Of a stretch of 64,000 bases of DNA, positions 1 to 13,174 are shown piece after piece (the stretch's first letter is position 1; every line of letters starts with the position of its first letter). The notes below the pieces were generated by a model that saw only the letters and a list, made by a program, of their open reading frames with translations, was not told the DNA's origin and did no database searches. Source of the DNA: Auanema rhodensis (taxonomy: Eukaryota > Animalia > Nematoda); NCBI GenBank assembly GCA_964057225.1, contig OZ059895.1:14012001-14076000 (forward strand), given 5' to 3'. The position numbers were made by a program, and so were the translations under genes.

Positions 1-1646
1 AATATGTTCTAATATAATTCTTTTATCGTCATTATTGTTAGTTAAGCTTCTTTCTAAACTCATTCATTGAAACTGATTTATTTGGCTAACATCTATTCTT
101 CGTTATATGTTCATCAGCATCTATAGTACAGTTGGCAATTAAATGATCACATTTCGTTTCAAGTTCTTTCTAATCTTTTCCAACCTTTTCGGAATGCATC
201 TGTAATGATGTTACTGCGCCACCCTCGATGCATAGTCATCTCTCCCTTGTAGTTCTCTCTCTCTTTCTTCCTTTATTAGATTTTTGAGAAGGATTTTCCG
301 TTATTTGTTATACATAACTGTATATCCTTTGAAATATTATTTGAGTGTTGATCGAGATTGAAAAACTGAACTTTTGAAAGAAATTATCAAACTATAGGTT
401 CAATCTTCGTCATGTATTCAATATTATTCTAATTATAATCTGTAAATAATGAAGTTTATTAGATATATATTAGTTAAAATAGATTTTATATAAAGTATAT
501 CAGAGAAAAACTATGAAAATACTAATCCATTCCATCTATTGATAATTCATGGAAATCAACTTCATTTACTTATCATTACAGCATATTATCTTTTACATGC
601 ATTCTATTGCGGAAAAACAAAAATTCTTTTACAATGAAAAGTTGTTAAGTTTGTTCATCGTATTCCATTCAGGTGGTTAAAAACCTCCAATTATTTTCTC
701 TGGAAGTTATCAAATGAAGTTGTTTATCATCAAGCATCTTCAACTTATTTATTTTTAAATAATTCTTTAAAAAATACAAATAATAATGAAAATAACTTCA
801 AAGTCTTTGTAAAGTCTCTCCTTTTTTCTTTTAAAGTTTATAAATTAAGAATATTCTATCTGAATAAATATGTATAAGCAATACATTCAAATAAATAAAT
901 AATTTTATATTTCAAACTGATCAGGACTATGCTAACCGGGTGGTCAGATCAGGATTGCTAGGAGTTTTTCTGAAGCGGAGCCGACCCAGATACAGATATC
1001 GGAGTGGTATATCAAAAGATTTAATTTTCTAAAATTAATTTGATTACAAAATGAATAATTAGATGAAATATTTAGGTATTGAGTATGTCTGCTGACAACT
1101 GTCAGGACCAAGTCTGATTTGGTACGGAAATTGTGAACATAATTCTAATATAAAATTGAGAAATGATAATAGTGTGTATATCATATACATATAATTATAA
1201 TTTTATTTATAAATATAAGAAATATAAAAAAAAAAGAAATAATTCGGATGAAAAACTCAGAAGACACCATACCTGGCTGCCTCTATGAATGACAGCAAGA
1301 GAGATCAGACGAACATAAGACTTAAGAGAAGGGATGACATCTTCAATCTAGTAGACAAGATTCACATATAACTAACTAACTAATCATATTGAATTAATAG
1401 TTTTTATCATAAAACTGTGAATTTATATTAATAGACGTTGCCGACAAAGCGGCATGTTGTAGAACATAAAGTTCAAACTTGTACAACAGATGGATGATGA
1501 ACTGTTCAGTGGTTATGTAATGATCGGAGAGTACGTAAAGAGTTAAAACAACAGAAGGATCTGTTGCTTGTTGCTGGCCTAACAGATAGATATATGAGGT
1601 AGATGGGTACGAAGAAAAGATAGTACACGTGCCCATCTCATCCGGT

Positions 1647-1659
1647 CTCTCTCTCTCTC

Positions 1660-1694
<35 letters not shown>

Positions 1695-1735
1695 CTCTCT
1701 CTCTCTCTCTCTCTGTTTCTCTCTCTCTCTCTCTC

Positions 1736-1780
<45 letters not shown>
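1647..1780. repeat. (CT)n microsatellite with periodic GTTT interruptions
   Basis: Seen directly in the sequence. Confidence 0.95.
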
Positions 1781-1781
<1 letters not shown>

Positions 1782-2603
1782 AGCTGTGTATAGGTCTAAT
1801 CTAGTTATCAGACAGTCCGTTTGTTATATAAAGAGTAGAAAATCTTGAGCAGATCTCCATATAAAAGGTTAACCGACAACACAAATCCTCTAGAAAGTTT
1901 CATAGATAGTAAAACAGATTGATAACTATTTACACTAATTAATATATATATAGTAGTAAATCTAATTAACTATATTAAATATATATATAAATATATAATA
2001 ATTTTGAAATTTTCTTCAAAATACAAATCTTTTTGATAATCTAATTTAAAATCTTATATATATATATATAATATTTATTTTTATTTCCGGTTATACATGT
2101 GTAAATAATGACCTTATTAGCCTTAAAATGTTCATAATTTATATAATTTTATTATTTTATTATATGTATAAATTAGTTATATGTCATGGTTATTTCCCAA
2201 CAGCTATTAATATGTTGTTAATATGTTTGTAAATATAAAATTTATAATTCTGCCACCTTCATTTACAATCATTACATGATTAACTTAGTTATATTATCTT
2301 TATTTTCCATCTATATTTCCCATTCAGACATTTCATTTACAAGCTATTGTATGCTCTCTATCTACTTTTCCTCATCTCATTTTATTCGAATAATTTAAGA
2401 ATTATTCATGGATTTATGTTTTAATTATTATTATTTTTTATAATCTGGTTAAGTTACATGACTATATCCTCTTATTAATCCTATTATATCTTTTTATTTT
2501 TAATTACTTTACAATAGAAATATCTAAATTATTCTTAGTTTCTTGATATTATCTAGTATTTGGTATGGTATTGCCACTGGCTTTCATATCCACATACATG
2601 ACA

Positions 2604-2605
<2 letters not shown>

Positions 2606-2647
<42 letters not shown>
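2606..2647. repeat. (CT)n microsatellite
   Basis: Seen directly in the sequence. Confidence 0.95.
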
Positions 2648-2650
<3 letters not shown>

Positions 2651-3889
2651 CTTAACTTAATAATATTTTCTTTTTAAATTAAATTAAATTTTCAAGAAAA
2701 TTACAATTAGTTTTTAACGCATAATTCACGTAAAACTCACGTAGACAAATAATATTTGAAATCATTTAATTAACATCAATAGTATGAAGCGGTTGTGCTT
2801 TTTTCTTCTTTTTTTTTTTCGAAATTCTATTTTCATTATTTATCTATTATGATATCGTTTATATATTATATATATATATAGTATATAAATTAATTAGATA
2901 GATATACATACATATATACATATATCCATATAATTGTCTCATAAAACATTAAAATAATAAGAAATACATGTACGGAAGTCTTAAAATATCCAAAGATAAT
3001 GACAATCTGATCATAAATCTATATATATAGAACTAATAATCTTCTGTATATTATGAATTTGATAAGAATATTTTAATCACCTAGTTTATGAAGAGAAAAA
3101 AAGGTTAAATGGCCATCATATAGATTAAGATATATATAATTTTTATTTTTGATCAAAATATCTTTATATTTTACTTCTAATTATATTATATAACTAACTA
3201 ATTCTAATTAATAATATTGATATATTTTTCTTTTTTTAACTTTATTTCTTATAAAATATTTTTTAAATTGTTCATTATTTCTTTTATATATCCCCCCCTC
3301 CCTCTTCCTCCTTTGATTCATGTTCAGAATATTTGAAAAGCTGATTGAAGATGCGCTTTCCTTATCTGGTTCCACTACCTAAGCCTTAGGCTGCCATGCC
3401 CTCAGACTCCAACACGTGTTAACTCTTTAGTTGCGATCTCCGAAATTACTTAGAGCTGCATCTATGCCGACAGAGGTGTTAACTCATATCTCAGGGCTTA
3501 CAAATCTTATATAAGGCGGCAAAGTTGAAAGCTGGTGAGGAGACTCCTTCAGGCTTGCTCGCCACGTGCGAAGGCGGAGCTCGAAGACTTTTGCCCTCTT
3601 AGTCGAAGCTGATTATAGTTCGTCACTTGGACCAGGAAAATAGGGAGGGAGGGAGGGAGAGATGGAAAAGGTGATAGATAGCGAGAGTTTATGTGAGAGT
3701 CGAGGAAAATGGTAAGTGGGCGGAGTTAACAGATCTATCTTCATCAGTTTTTTTTATTCTTTTGTCTTATTTCTTCACCTTGTTGTGTCTACTCATCAGG
3801 CAATAGTGATATATTCTTTCTTTATAATAATTATTCTCAATTAACTTCTATTTGACTTAACTAATATAACTTTATTTAGAAATTTAATA

Positions 3890-5428
3890 ATGGAATTGAA
3901 AGTTAAATTGAATAATAACGATTTATGGGAAGAATTCCATAAGCGTACAACTGAGATGATTGTTACGAAAACTGGACGGTAAGTCAATTTCATTTAACTT
4001 TCTTTATTATTTTTTGTTTGTTTGTTTCAGTAAAATGTTTCCAAAACTTGAGTATTCTATATCTGGTATGGAAGCTGATCTTTCATATGGTCTTGTATTA
4101 CAAATTGAACAAGTTGATGATAATAGGTAAAGAAATTTCATTTATTCTATCAATTTTAACATTCTTAACCTTATTTTAGATATAAATTCAGTAATGGTGA
4201 ATGGAAAAGCTGTGGACGTGGTGAGATTCAAGCTGGCAGTCTATGCTCTATAGCTCATCATGATGGAGTCATGAAAGGCGAACAATGGATGAAACAACTA
4301 ATTCACTTTGAACGAGTCAAAATCACTAATAATCCTTTGGATACTAATCCAAGTCATGTAAGTTTCGTTTTGAACTTTTTTTGTTTTGTTTTTCATATTT
4401 TTGAAAAGTATATTTGAAAACGGGTGGTTGCTATCTGACTTTTGGCATACATAGAAGAAGGGCCATCCGCTTGCTTGACCAACATCATCAAGTCGGCGAT
4501 GAAGTCCTGAAGATAAGCAAAGCAATCAGTCAACCATACAAATAGGTTGTCATCCAAGTTGCATATCCTGTGTCTGTTATGCCATCATCATCATCCTCAT
4601 GCCTATTAACGGTTCTTTTGTATTTTCTAATACAGATGTCATAACTCTTAGTTCTATCTTGATTTTCTTTATTCTATCTCTCTACTATCCTTATTACCTC
4701 TTATGTATATTCACAAACTTGACCATCTTGATAACAACTTCATAAGGTTTTTCAGCCAATAACATCATCTTGTCACTCAAAAAACTTTACTTTAATCCTC
4801 AATAAGTATATAAATAGGATTAAAAGATTATAATTAACACTTATTATCATTATAATTTTTATAATTTTATAGGTTTATCTTCATTCCATGCACAAGTATA
4901 TTCCTGTTTTATCTGTTTACCAGCTCTCTCCATTATCGGCTGATACTCCATTCCTATCAACTACTTCAAATACTCATAAGCTGGTACGAATTCATGGAAA
5001 TGTTCGACAAATTATTTGAAATTTTTAATTTTAGGTTGCAAGATTTCGGCTGGAATGCACTGAGTTTATAGCTGTTACAGCCTATCAAAATGAAAAAATT
5101 AAAGATTTGAAAATCGAGCATAATCCATTTGCCAAAGGTTTCCGAGATGGTGGTGACCGTAAAAGGTAATTCAATCACATTCATCTTATTCATTACTAAT
5201 TTCAATTTTCTTTTAAGATTATCCTCAACTGACGACTTGATCGTGCCCGCTATCAAACGATCACCTCCATCCCCTTTAACTGCCGAAACAGCAGCATCAA
5301 TAGCTCCAGCTGTAGCATTCAGCTCACCCATCATGCCAGTTATGAATCCATTATGGTATTCATATTGGAATCCATATATCTTCAATCCTATGCTATCACC
5401 ATATCGATTTGATTTCACTAAACAGTAA
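3890..5428 (+). CDS. tbx-7: T-box transcription factor, 6 exons (3890-3978, 4031-4126, 4180-4357, 4873-4983, 5035-5165, 5218-5428)
   Basis: Spliced translation gives [27 protein letters not shown]...RYKFSNGEW...LHSMHKY...[27 protein letters not shown], a complete T-box; all introns GT-AG. T-box is certain; tbx-7 orthology is from recall only. Confidence 0.9.
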
Positions 5429-6414
5429 AATGAATTTGAAAAACTTATAATGAACTATGTAGATGTCATTCAATCTCTCTTTCACTCATAATAGCAAATA
5501 TTTCATTTTATCTCATGTTTTTTTGTTTTTATTTCTTTAAAATAATAATTCAAACTTTAAATTCTCAAATATTAATATATAAATTGAATTATTTGTATAT
5601 TATTTTATCTTTTTTTACTTTAATTCATATTCTATCATGATATTTACTTTGTTTTTTCATATGATTGTGACTTCATTTGTCTATTTCTTCTACGTTCGGG
5701 TAATTTATTATAACGATCTTTTGTATAAAATTTTCTATAAAATATTCAATTTTATTATATTTAATCTACATATAGTTAATATTTCATCTTTTAAGCTTCT
5801 TTCCAACTTTTTTTGTATTGGACATGGCTTGACCTTTCAATCCTCTTAAACGGTAATTGTAATCCAATTATCAACTGGGAAATATGGCTGAGATCGGCAA
5901 CCTTTCTCTTATCTATTGCTTCTCTTTCTCTCTATCTCTGTACCTTGCTAACACATCTTAATAGCTTTCGTAGATACGGTATACCATACCAAGATGACAT
6001 CAAACTTTCGGTACAAGACCGCCTGCTGATTCAGTTTCAGAAGCCCGCTATCGCGACATCAGATCAGTAAACTTCGGCGGTCAGCATCACTTAGCTGTAT
6101 CTTCATCATCACCTGCTGGCTTGTTAGGCTCTAAACGGTACAAATGGGACCAGCTTTTGCTTTTCTTTTTTCATCTGCCGACAATACAACTTGCTTGATG
6201 TTTCCAGCATAATCATACATTAATAGAAGAAGTTAAATCATCTCAAAAGAAGAGATCAAGGGAACGAGCAGAGAAACGGCTACGGCTATTAGCCACTGAG
6301 GAAGATATATCAGAAAATATTTATTTAAAGTATTCTTCAAATAATATAATATAAATTGAAATGCATATGTATACAGTAGTAATATTATTAATATTAAGGG
6401 TCTCAAGACGAAAA

Positions 6415-8882
6415 CTATTCGCTTTTTTCAAAAACGAAAATTTGAGAGCCAGATAGGATTCCCAGTTCTCCTCCACGTACAATCTTATCAACGGTTCCAG
6501 CTAAGAAAATCTTATTGAATTCCCGGAATCCTTTTGGAAGAATATTTAAGCTTTCACCAACACGAATCAGATGACCTAAACGGAGCATTTAGATGAGAAA
6601 AACATGAATGATGATCAACTAACTGATGGCAGGACTTCGAACCAACCACATAAATAGTGGTGAATGTGAAAAACAATAATGATAAGCAGATCCATTTGTC
6701 ACAGATAAATCTTCTTCATCAACCTATATATAGAGATAAGTGAGTTTAGGATAGATTCATAAATGGATATGACTTACAAGCTTTAAGCCAGATGCAGCAG
6801 CAGCTTGAACCATCTCTTCCTTGGTATGCAAGGATGGCATTCCACAAGCATACTCCAATCCCTCCACACACTAAACAAAGAAAAATTTTTAAAAAAGTGA
6901 TGAATGAAGTTATTAACCTGACGATGTTCTTCATTATTTTCATCATATTTTTCAGTTTTAATCAAATCATAAATAAGAAATCGTCCATTTGGCTTTAATA
7001 CTCGAGAAACCTTAAAGCATTTTAAATTTCGTATGAATCACATCAATGCTAGCAATCACTTCGCTCATAACTCCATTAAGTTTTGGAAAATATTTCAGAG
7101 CATAAACAGCATAGGCAGCATTAAAAGTTTCATTATTCAGTGGCATATCGTGACAATCTCCTACAACCAATGAACAATGCTCATCAATTCCCAAAGATTT
7201 CATGTCAGCATTTCCTGTAAAGATGTCATGATTCTCCATTTTTCCTCAAATTTTTTCCCCTTTTTTTTAAAACTTCGAATTATTTTTGTTAGAAATTAGA
7301 AATATCTTTTATTTTTTATATTTTTATAAATATTTACCCATTTCAGCTTCATTTGGAGCAATGGTAATGCCAGTGATAGTAGCATTCGTATTCGATAAAT
7401 CCTTGATAACTCCACCAATTCCACATCCAATATCAAGGCAGCTTACTCCTTCAGATAATTGAAGTTTCTGACCAATATGTCTAAATTTCAGTTTTCATAT
7501 AGTTAATATTCAAATATATATGTACATATAGTTAAATATAATTAATTTACTTACTGATGTAAATCATATAGAGAATTCTCCATTGAGCCCGTCTTATCTT
7601 TAGGAGCAGCAAAATGAAAATTCCCTTAAACAATCATTTTCTTTTTTTATTTTTTAATAAAATTAGTTAATTACCTCCAAAGAAATCATTAATAACTGAA
7701 GACATTACACTATAATAGTGAGAAGTAACTGCTAAATGATCTCCTGTATCCTTAGCAACTTTGAAAAGCTTATCATGATCATCAGCGAATTGAGCCTACA
7801 ACTTATTATTTTATATTTAAGATTAGATAACTGGAGATATCTATTTTTTATTATTTTTAACTTAAAAAATAAAAAAAAATGTCTAATAAACGAATTCTAA
7901 ACGAATTCTAAACCGGTCCGAAACGATTCCGGAAATTGAAAACTCGGACACATACTATGTACTATGTGACGCAATTATTGAATGAGTAAATATCTGACAC
8001 GTTTCAGTTTGTTTCTTGTTCTAACGAAAAATCAGGACATCTTCTCCGAAGTTCAAAAAATCATTTTGGAAATCTATTTTCGTTTTCAGTTTTGATCATC
8101 TTTCGTGGTTTGATGTGCTGATGATTAAGCAGATTTACCGGTTAGATGACACTTGAGTATGAAGTCATTCAGTGATTGACTGAAGGATAAGTTACTTGTA
8201 TATAAACAATAAAGCTTAAACAAAAGTTATTTTATGAAGAAAATCGTATATTGTCTTTACAAATACAAATATATTCGAATAATTTCATATAGAAAGTCAT
8301 GTAAAACTAATTATATTTTCAGAAACATTAGGCTTATGACAATTCAATTGAACGAAATATGTTTGTTTTCTTCATTCAACCGTCCCATTCAATGTTGAAT
8401 GTTCAAATATATGTTCTGCTCGCTTATCTTGTCAAAATTTACACAAAAATCTTGGAGAAGAAAGGTTTCGGGATGGCAGAAACTACGAAATAACTAGCGC
8501 AATGTCCAAATTTCAATTACCAAAAATTGCGAAAATCAAATCGAAATACCTGCTGAGATTGTGAGATCTGTCAAGGCTTAATGTTTTCAATTAAGTTGGA
8601 ACCTATTATTTGAAAGAGATAAATGATAACTTAAGTTGAAAAAAAAGGTTGAAATCGAGAATGATGCGCGTGCAATTATGAAAAGGGTCAAGGAGAAACT
8701 AAGAGAACAGTACTGTTGTACACAACTTATCCCTAAACGTCTTTGGATTAAAGGATATGATGTTATTGGAATTATTATAGAAAATGTTTTTTAAAAATGA
8801 AAAAAAGCTAATTACTTACTAAATCTTGACGACGAAAATCTTTTAATAGCTTAAAATAATTCTTATTCATATCAATCGACAT
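6415..8882 (-). CDS. strm-1: Sterol 4-C-methyltransferase (SAM-dependent, SMT family)
   Basis: MSIDMNKNYFKLLKDFRRQDL|AQF...VTSHYYSVMS...GGNFHF...CLDIGCGIGG (SAM motif)...GITIAPNEAE...LEYACGMPSLHT...GILSGSQIFVFEKSE*. TTTCAG acceptor at 8897-8902, just before the ATG. Confidence 0.95.
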
Positions 8883-9450
8883 GATGAATTGAAATCCTGA
8901 AATATAAAAAAACGGAAGTTTACATAACTCAAACGACTATATAAGGAGAAAACTAGGCTGTTGTAAGAGAAAGTTTTGAAGGATTTTCTTGTGTCTTGAG
9001 ATTTGATCGCGAAACTTTATTCACAATTCAACTAGTCAAGACAAGTGTAAGACGAAAACGAGGAAAGATTCATACCTTGAATCTACCTTCTCTCGGAACT
9101 GTAGGACAGGGTGGGCGGAGCATTCGCAATGTGTATTAGACAACGTCGACCTCCTTCTAACCTTAGGGGCGAAAAGACAAGTCGGTCAAGATACTTTACC
9201 TCTTACTCACAGAAACATATACCAATATAGTGATTTACAATTTATTATCATTTTATAATGATTTTACAATTATTAAGGGAGTAATATATCATACCATCAT
9301 CGGTCTACTGTAACAGTAGCAGTAAAGCAAGCACGAGAACAACCAGCTTCAAAAGATTAAAGCAGAAGCACCTAGTATGGAATGTACATTAACTATGCGG
9401 TAAATGAACGAAAGAGTATGCAGAAACACGAAATTCTTCAACGGGGAAAA

Positions 9451-12400
9451 TTATTCGGAAGGCAAACGCTCAATAAGAGCTCGGGTCATAGCTGCAGCTC
9501 GAGCAGAAGCATGTGCCTAAATAGAATTCAGCATTAGTTCTATTATAAATACAAGTAATACATACCTGCCACTTCTTGCTTGACCTGCTTTGGCCATGCT
9601 GATAATCAGAAATTCCACGAATGAGAGCCCAGGAATCAATTCTGTTTCCAACAATAGAAGCAACAACAGAGTCAAAACCAACATCTAAGGCACGAAGATG
9701 GAATTCAGCAGCAAAACGTTCACGGAGCTGAAACATTAAAATATGAAAATGATGATAACTATAAGATAAACAAACCTGAGTAACAGTCTCTTCTTCAGCC
9801 TCATTTTCTGTCGTCTTCTTTATATTAGCTACAGCTCCAATAGATCCGAAGTGAACCTGAACGTACAGATTATTAATAGAACGTTGAATCATAATCTTAC
9901 TTCAGCTCCAGTACGATCAGCATTTGGATGTGGAAGAACTACAACGTTTCCTCCAGGAACCGTCATGGCTAATACATCAGATGAAGCAGGTGGTGCAGTA
10001 AATTCGTTATCTAAACAAAGAAAATGATCAATTTAAAATTTCCAGGACGTTACCAGAAGATTGGGCGTTAAGAAGATCAACAGCCTTATCAGTTAAAGTA
10101 TTCCAATCTATCTTCAACTGTTCTCCTCCATTTTTAACCAAATTTTCAATCTGATGATCCTTGGGATTCCATTTTCTAAAGAGAGATCGTGTATATATCC
10201 AGTAGATCTAGAAAAACTAACCGAATAGCAAAACCAGTTAATGCTTCTGTCTTTCGATCAAGAATGAGGTCGTGAGAATAAATGTAAGCATCAGGAGTAC
10301 AGCCACTAATAATGACGTCGCCTATAGAAGTAAATCCCAAATTAAACTTCGACTAAAAAGCAAACCTAAGCGTGCATGGAGACGAGCATCAGTATAATGA
10401 GGAACAGCACCTCCAACACCAACGATGAAAACGTGTTCGATCTTTTGGAAATTACCAAGTAATCTAAAAATAGCATTTAGTTCATTTCATAAAATTCTGT
10501 TATGCCTTGTGGTAATTGATCCAGCACTAGTAATAGCTTCCCGGGAATCTCCAATGAGGGCCAACTTAGTTGCGACAACATTATGGGGGCCTATCCTTCC
10601 AATAGTATATACATTAGAATCTCCTCCTGATTTATACTGAAAATAAAATTATAATAATAGAATTAAAATGTAAATATAGCACTTTATGAATGACTGAGCT
10701 ATCATCAATAAGGGCATCAACAGCTTGCTTTTCTACGAAGAGGCAAGTGATGATTGCAACAGTAGGTTGTCCATCAGAAGCTTAAAAAATCAATCTTTAC
10801 AACGACAAAATACCAATTCTCAATACCTGTGGCTTGGTTTCCACGTGCAATCGCATCTACGTTCCTAGTGTCAACACGGATCCATTCATCTCCTACTCTG
10901 CGAGCGATACCAGAAGCTTCCAACTCCAGCAAGAATTGGGCTGCTTCTTCAGGTGTGCATCTGAACTTTATGTTATGATTTTCTCCAAATTAATGGCAAA
11001 CCTAAGAGAGTCACAGATGATGTCAATTGTGAGACCATTAGGATAAGCGTGCTCAAGGACCTCTTGGACGTGACCAACACTGACGTCTTCGGCTTCAGAG
11101 CTCGAATCTATACAAAGCAAATACTAAATAAGAAAATATTTTTATAAAAACCGTATTGAGCAGCATCAGGAATAGCAACTTGTTCTTCTTCTGTAAGAAT
11201 TTTGTAATCCAAATCCACAGATTGAATTGCGACAAAGTCTCCTTGGAGCAATTTCAGAACTCTTTTCATGAATTCAACATAAGCTTAAAAATAACAATTT
11301 GTTTTTCACATGTCAAAGTTATGCTCTAACTGTTTGGTAAATTAGCCATGAGTTGTTTGAAGAATGAGTGAACTACAGATCTGCCTTCGTTAAGATCAAC
11401 ATCTTTATTCAGTTTAAAGTACATGGAGCGTTTTTCCTGCAGAGAGAATAAGTTGTTAGACACTAGAAAGCGTTGACTAACCTGTTTCCTTACTTGACCA
11501 TTATTTATCCAAACGGAAAAAGAGATAGCAACATCGCAGTCAGTACCTGCAAAATTGATGAAATGAACTATATTTGACAGTCGGAAGATACCATAAGGAA
11601 TATCAGTAGGCTTATTAATAATGATTCCAGTGTGCGATCCTCCGGCTACAAGCATTAAATTTTCGCTTTCAACATCGGTCTCTCTTTAAATTCAATTCTA
11701 TATACATTCAATGGATAAATATTCTAACCTGTGTATTCTGACGACATTATGATCATCAGATTGCTTTATAGGTGTTAAAACAACGAGAGAAGAATGCGTA
11801 ACCATAGCTTGTCTAATACTCAGCTGTTCTGGAATAATGACGCTTAAATGTTGAGAAAATTGTTTAACAGTTCTTCAGAATCAAAACAATGAGTAGCGTG
11901 GGATATGAGATAATACACTGCATGATTCATGTGATATATATATCAAAACATTTAAAAAGAGATTCATAAATGAAAAAATAATTCATAAAAATGAGAATGC
12001 TACTTGTTCATAAATTCAATTGCTTATCAAACAATAATATATTGAACAAGGTGCGAAAAGAGAGAGATTTTTGAGAAAAACATAGAAATTATAAGAAAAA
12101 TTAAAATAATAACAAACATAGTAAACAACAGTAATTATATCATAATTCTCATATTCATATTTATATTTATTGATGAGAAATTTAAATTTAAATTCAAATT
12201 TTGTTTAGCAGCGTCAGGACCATTTATACATTTTATAAGTTAACATATAAATAAGTATAGATAACTTGATATGATTATTGTTGGATATAATATACAAAGC
12301 ATATATAGTGTTTGTAGAGTAGAAACCAGTTTAACCATGAAAACAGAGGGTCAGCGTCTCTTGGGAATACGTAACGCGCCAATACAGCCCAACACAATGT

Positions 12401-13174
12401 GTCAGATATACACAACATGGACTTTTTGAGATGTAAGACATTCACAAAAAGTCAAATGTCTGGGAAAGTAATACTGAGGTGAAAAAAAAATCAAAATTTG
12501 AAAAGATGTTCGAACATCGAGCGAAAAAGGAATGGAAGGTACAAATTGACTTTATAATTGCGCGGCAATCCATCAAATGAGGACAACATCAAGTCAACCA
12601 TTTTGAAATGTTCCATCTTTCTTCAAGTAAAACATTAAAATTCATGTGAAAGCAGTTTAAAACTTTGCATATATCTTTTTTTCTCACAAAATTAAGCAAT
12701 TTTAATGTTATAATTATAATTTGAATATGATAAACATTGTTATATATATAATAAATATAATAATAAAAGTTTATTTTATATAAATGAGTTGTGAAGAAAG
12801 TCATGATAGGATTTATAAACATGTATGAAAGCCTTGTCTTTACAAATGGGAGGATTACAAAATAAACTTGATCGATCGCTAGGCTGACAACAGGCAACAA
12901 AAAATGTTTTAAAATTAATTCTAAAAGAAAAAAAAAGGCAAAAATATTAAAAATGCAACGCTTTATCTTACTTAGATAGTTATTAATAATATTTCTTTTT
13001 ATTAAATAATTCAAAAATAAAATATAAAGTGAAGAAGACATGAAAATGCTTACCTACATGCATCTAACTGAACTCAATACTAGTGTTGAACAAGTTTTGA
13101 CAACTCTAGACCTGGTTTGAATAGCTTCCAGTCTTAATCTGGTAACGAGCAACGATGTTCTCACCAGACAACAT
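9451..13174 (-). CDS. Winged-helix + purine/uridine nucleoside phosphorylase (PNP_UDP_1-like) domain protein
   Basis: Multi-exon frame with a WH-like segment VQEVLEHAYPNGLTIDIICDSLRC...LELEASGIARRVGDEWIRV, then VAIITCLFVEKQAV...NVYTIGRIGPHNVV...VFIVGVGGAVP...RLGDVIIS...LIRGISDY...KKWQAHASARAAAMTRALIERLPSE*. The first exon (13112-13174) is tentative; an in-frame Met lies near 11806. Confidence 0.85.

Noticed and set aside
915-1636. GC-richer blocks, a CAG|GTATGG donor and an 80-aa ORF on the minus strand
   Set aside because: No coherent or recognisable spliced protein; probably cis-regulatory.
7930-7950. 15/16-nt match to the reverse complement of 53817-53832, a possible dispersed repeat
   Set aside because: Too short and does not extend; no terminal inverted repeats or target-site duplication.
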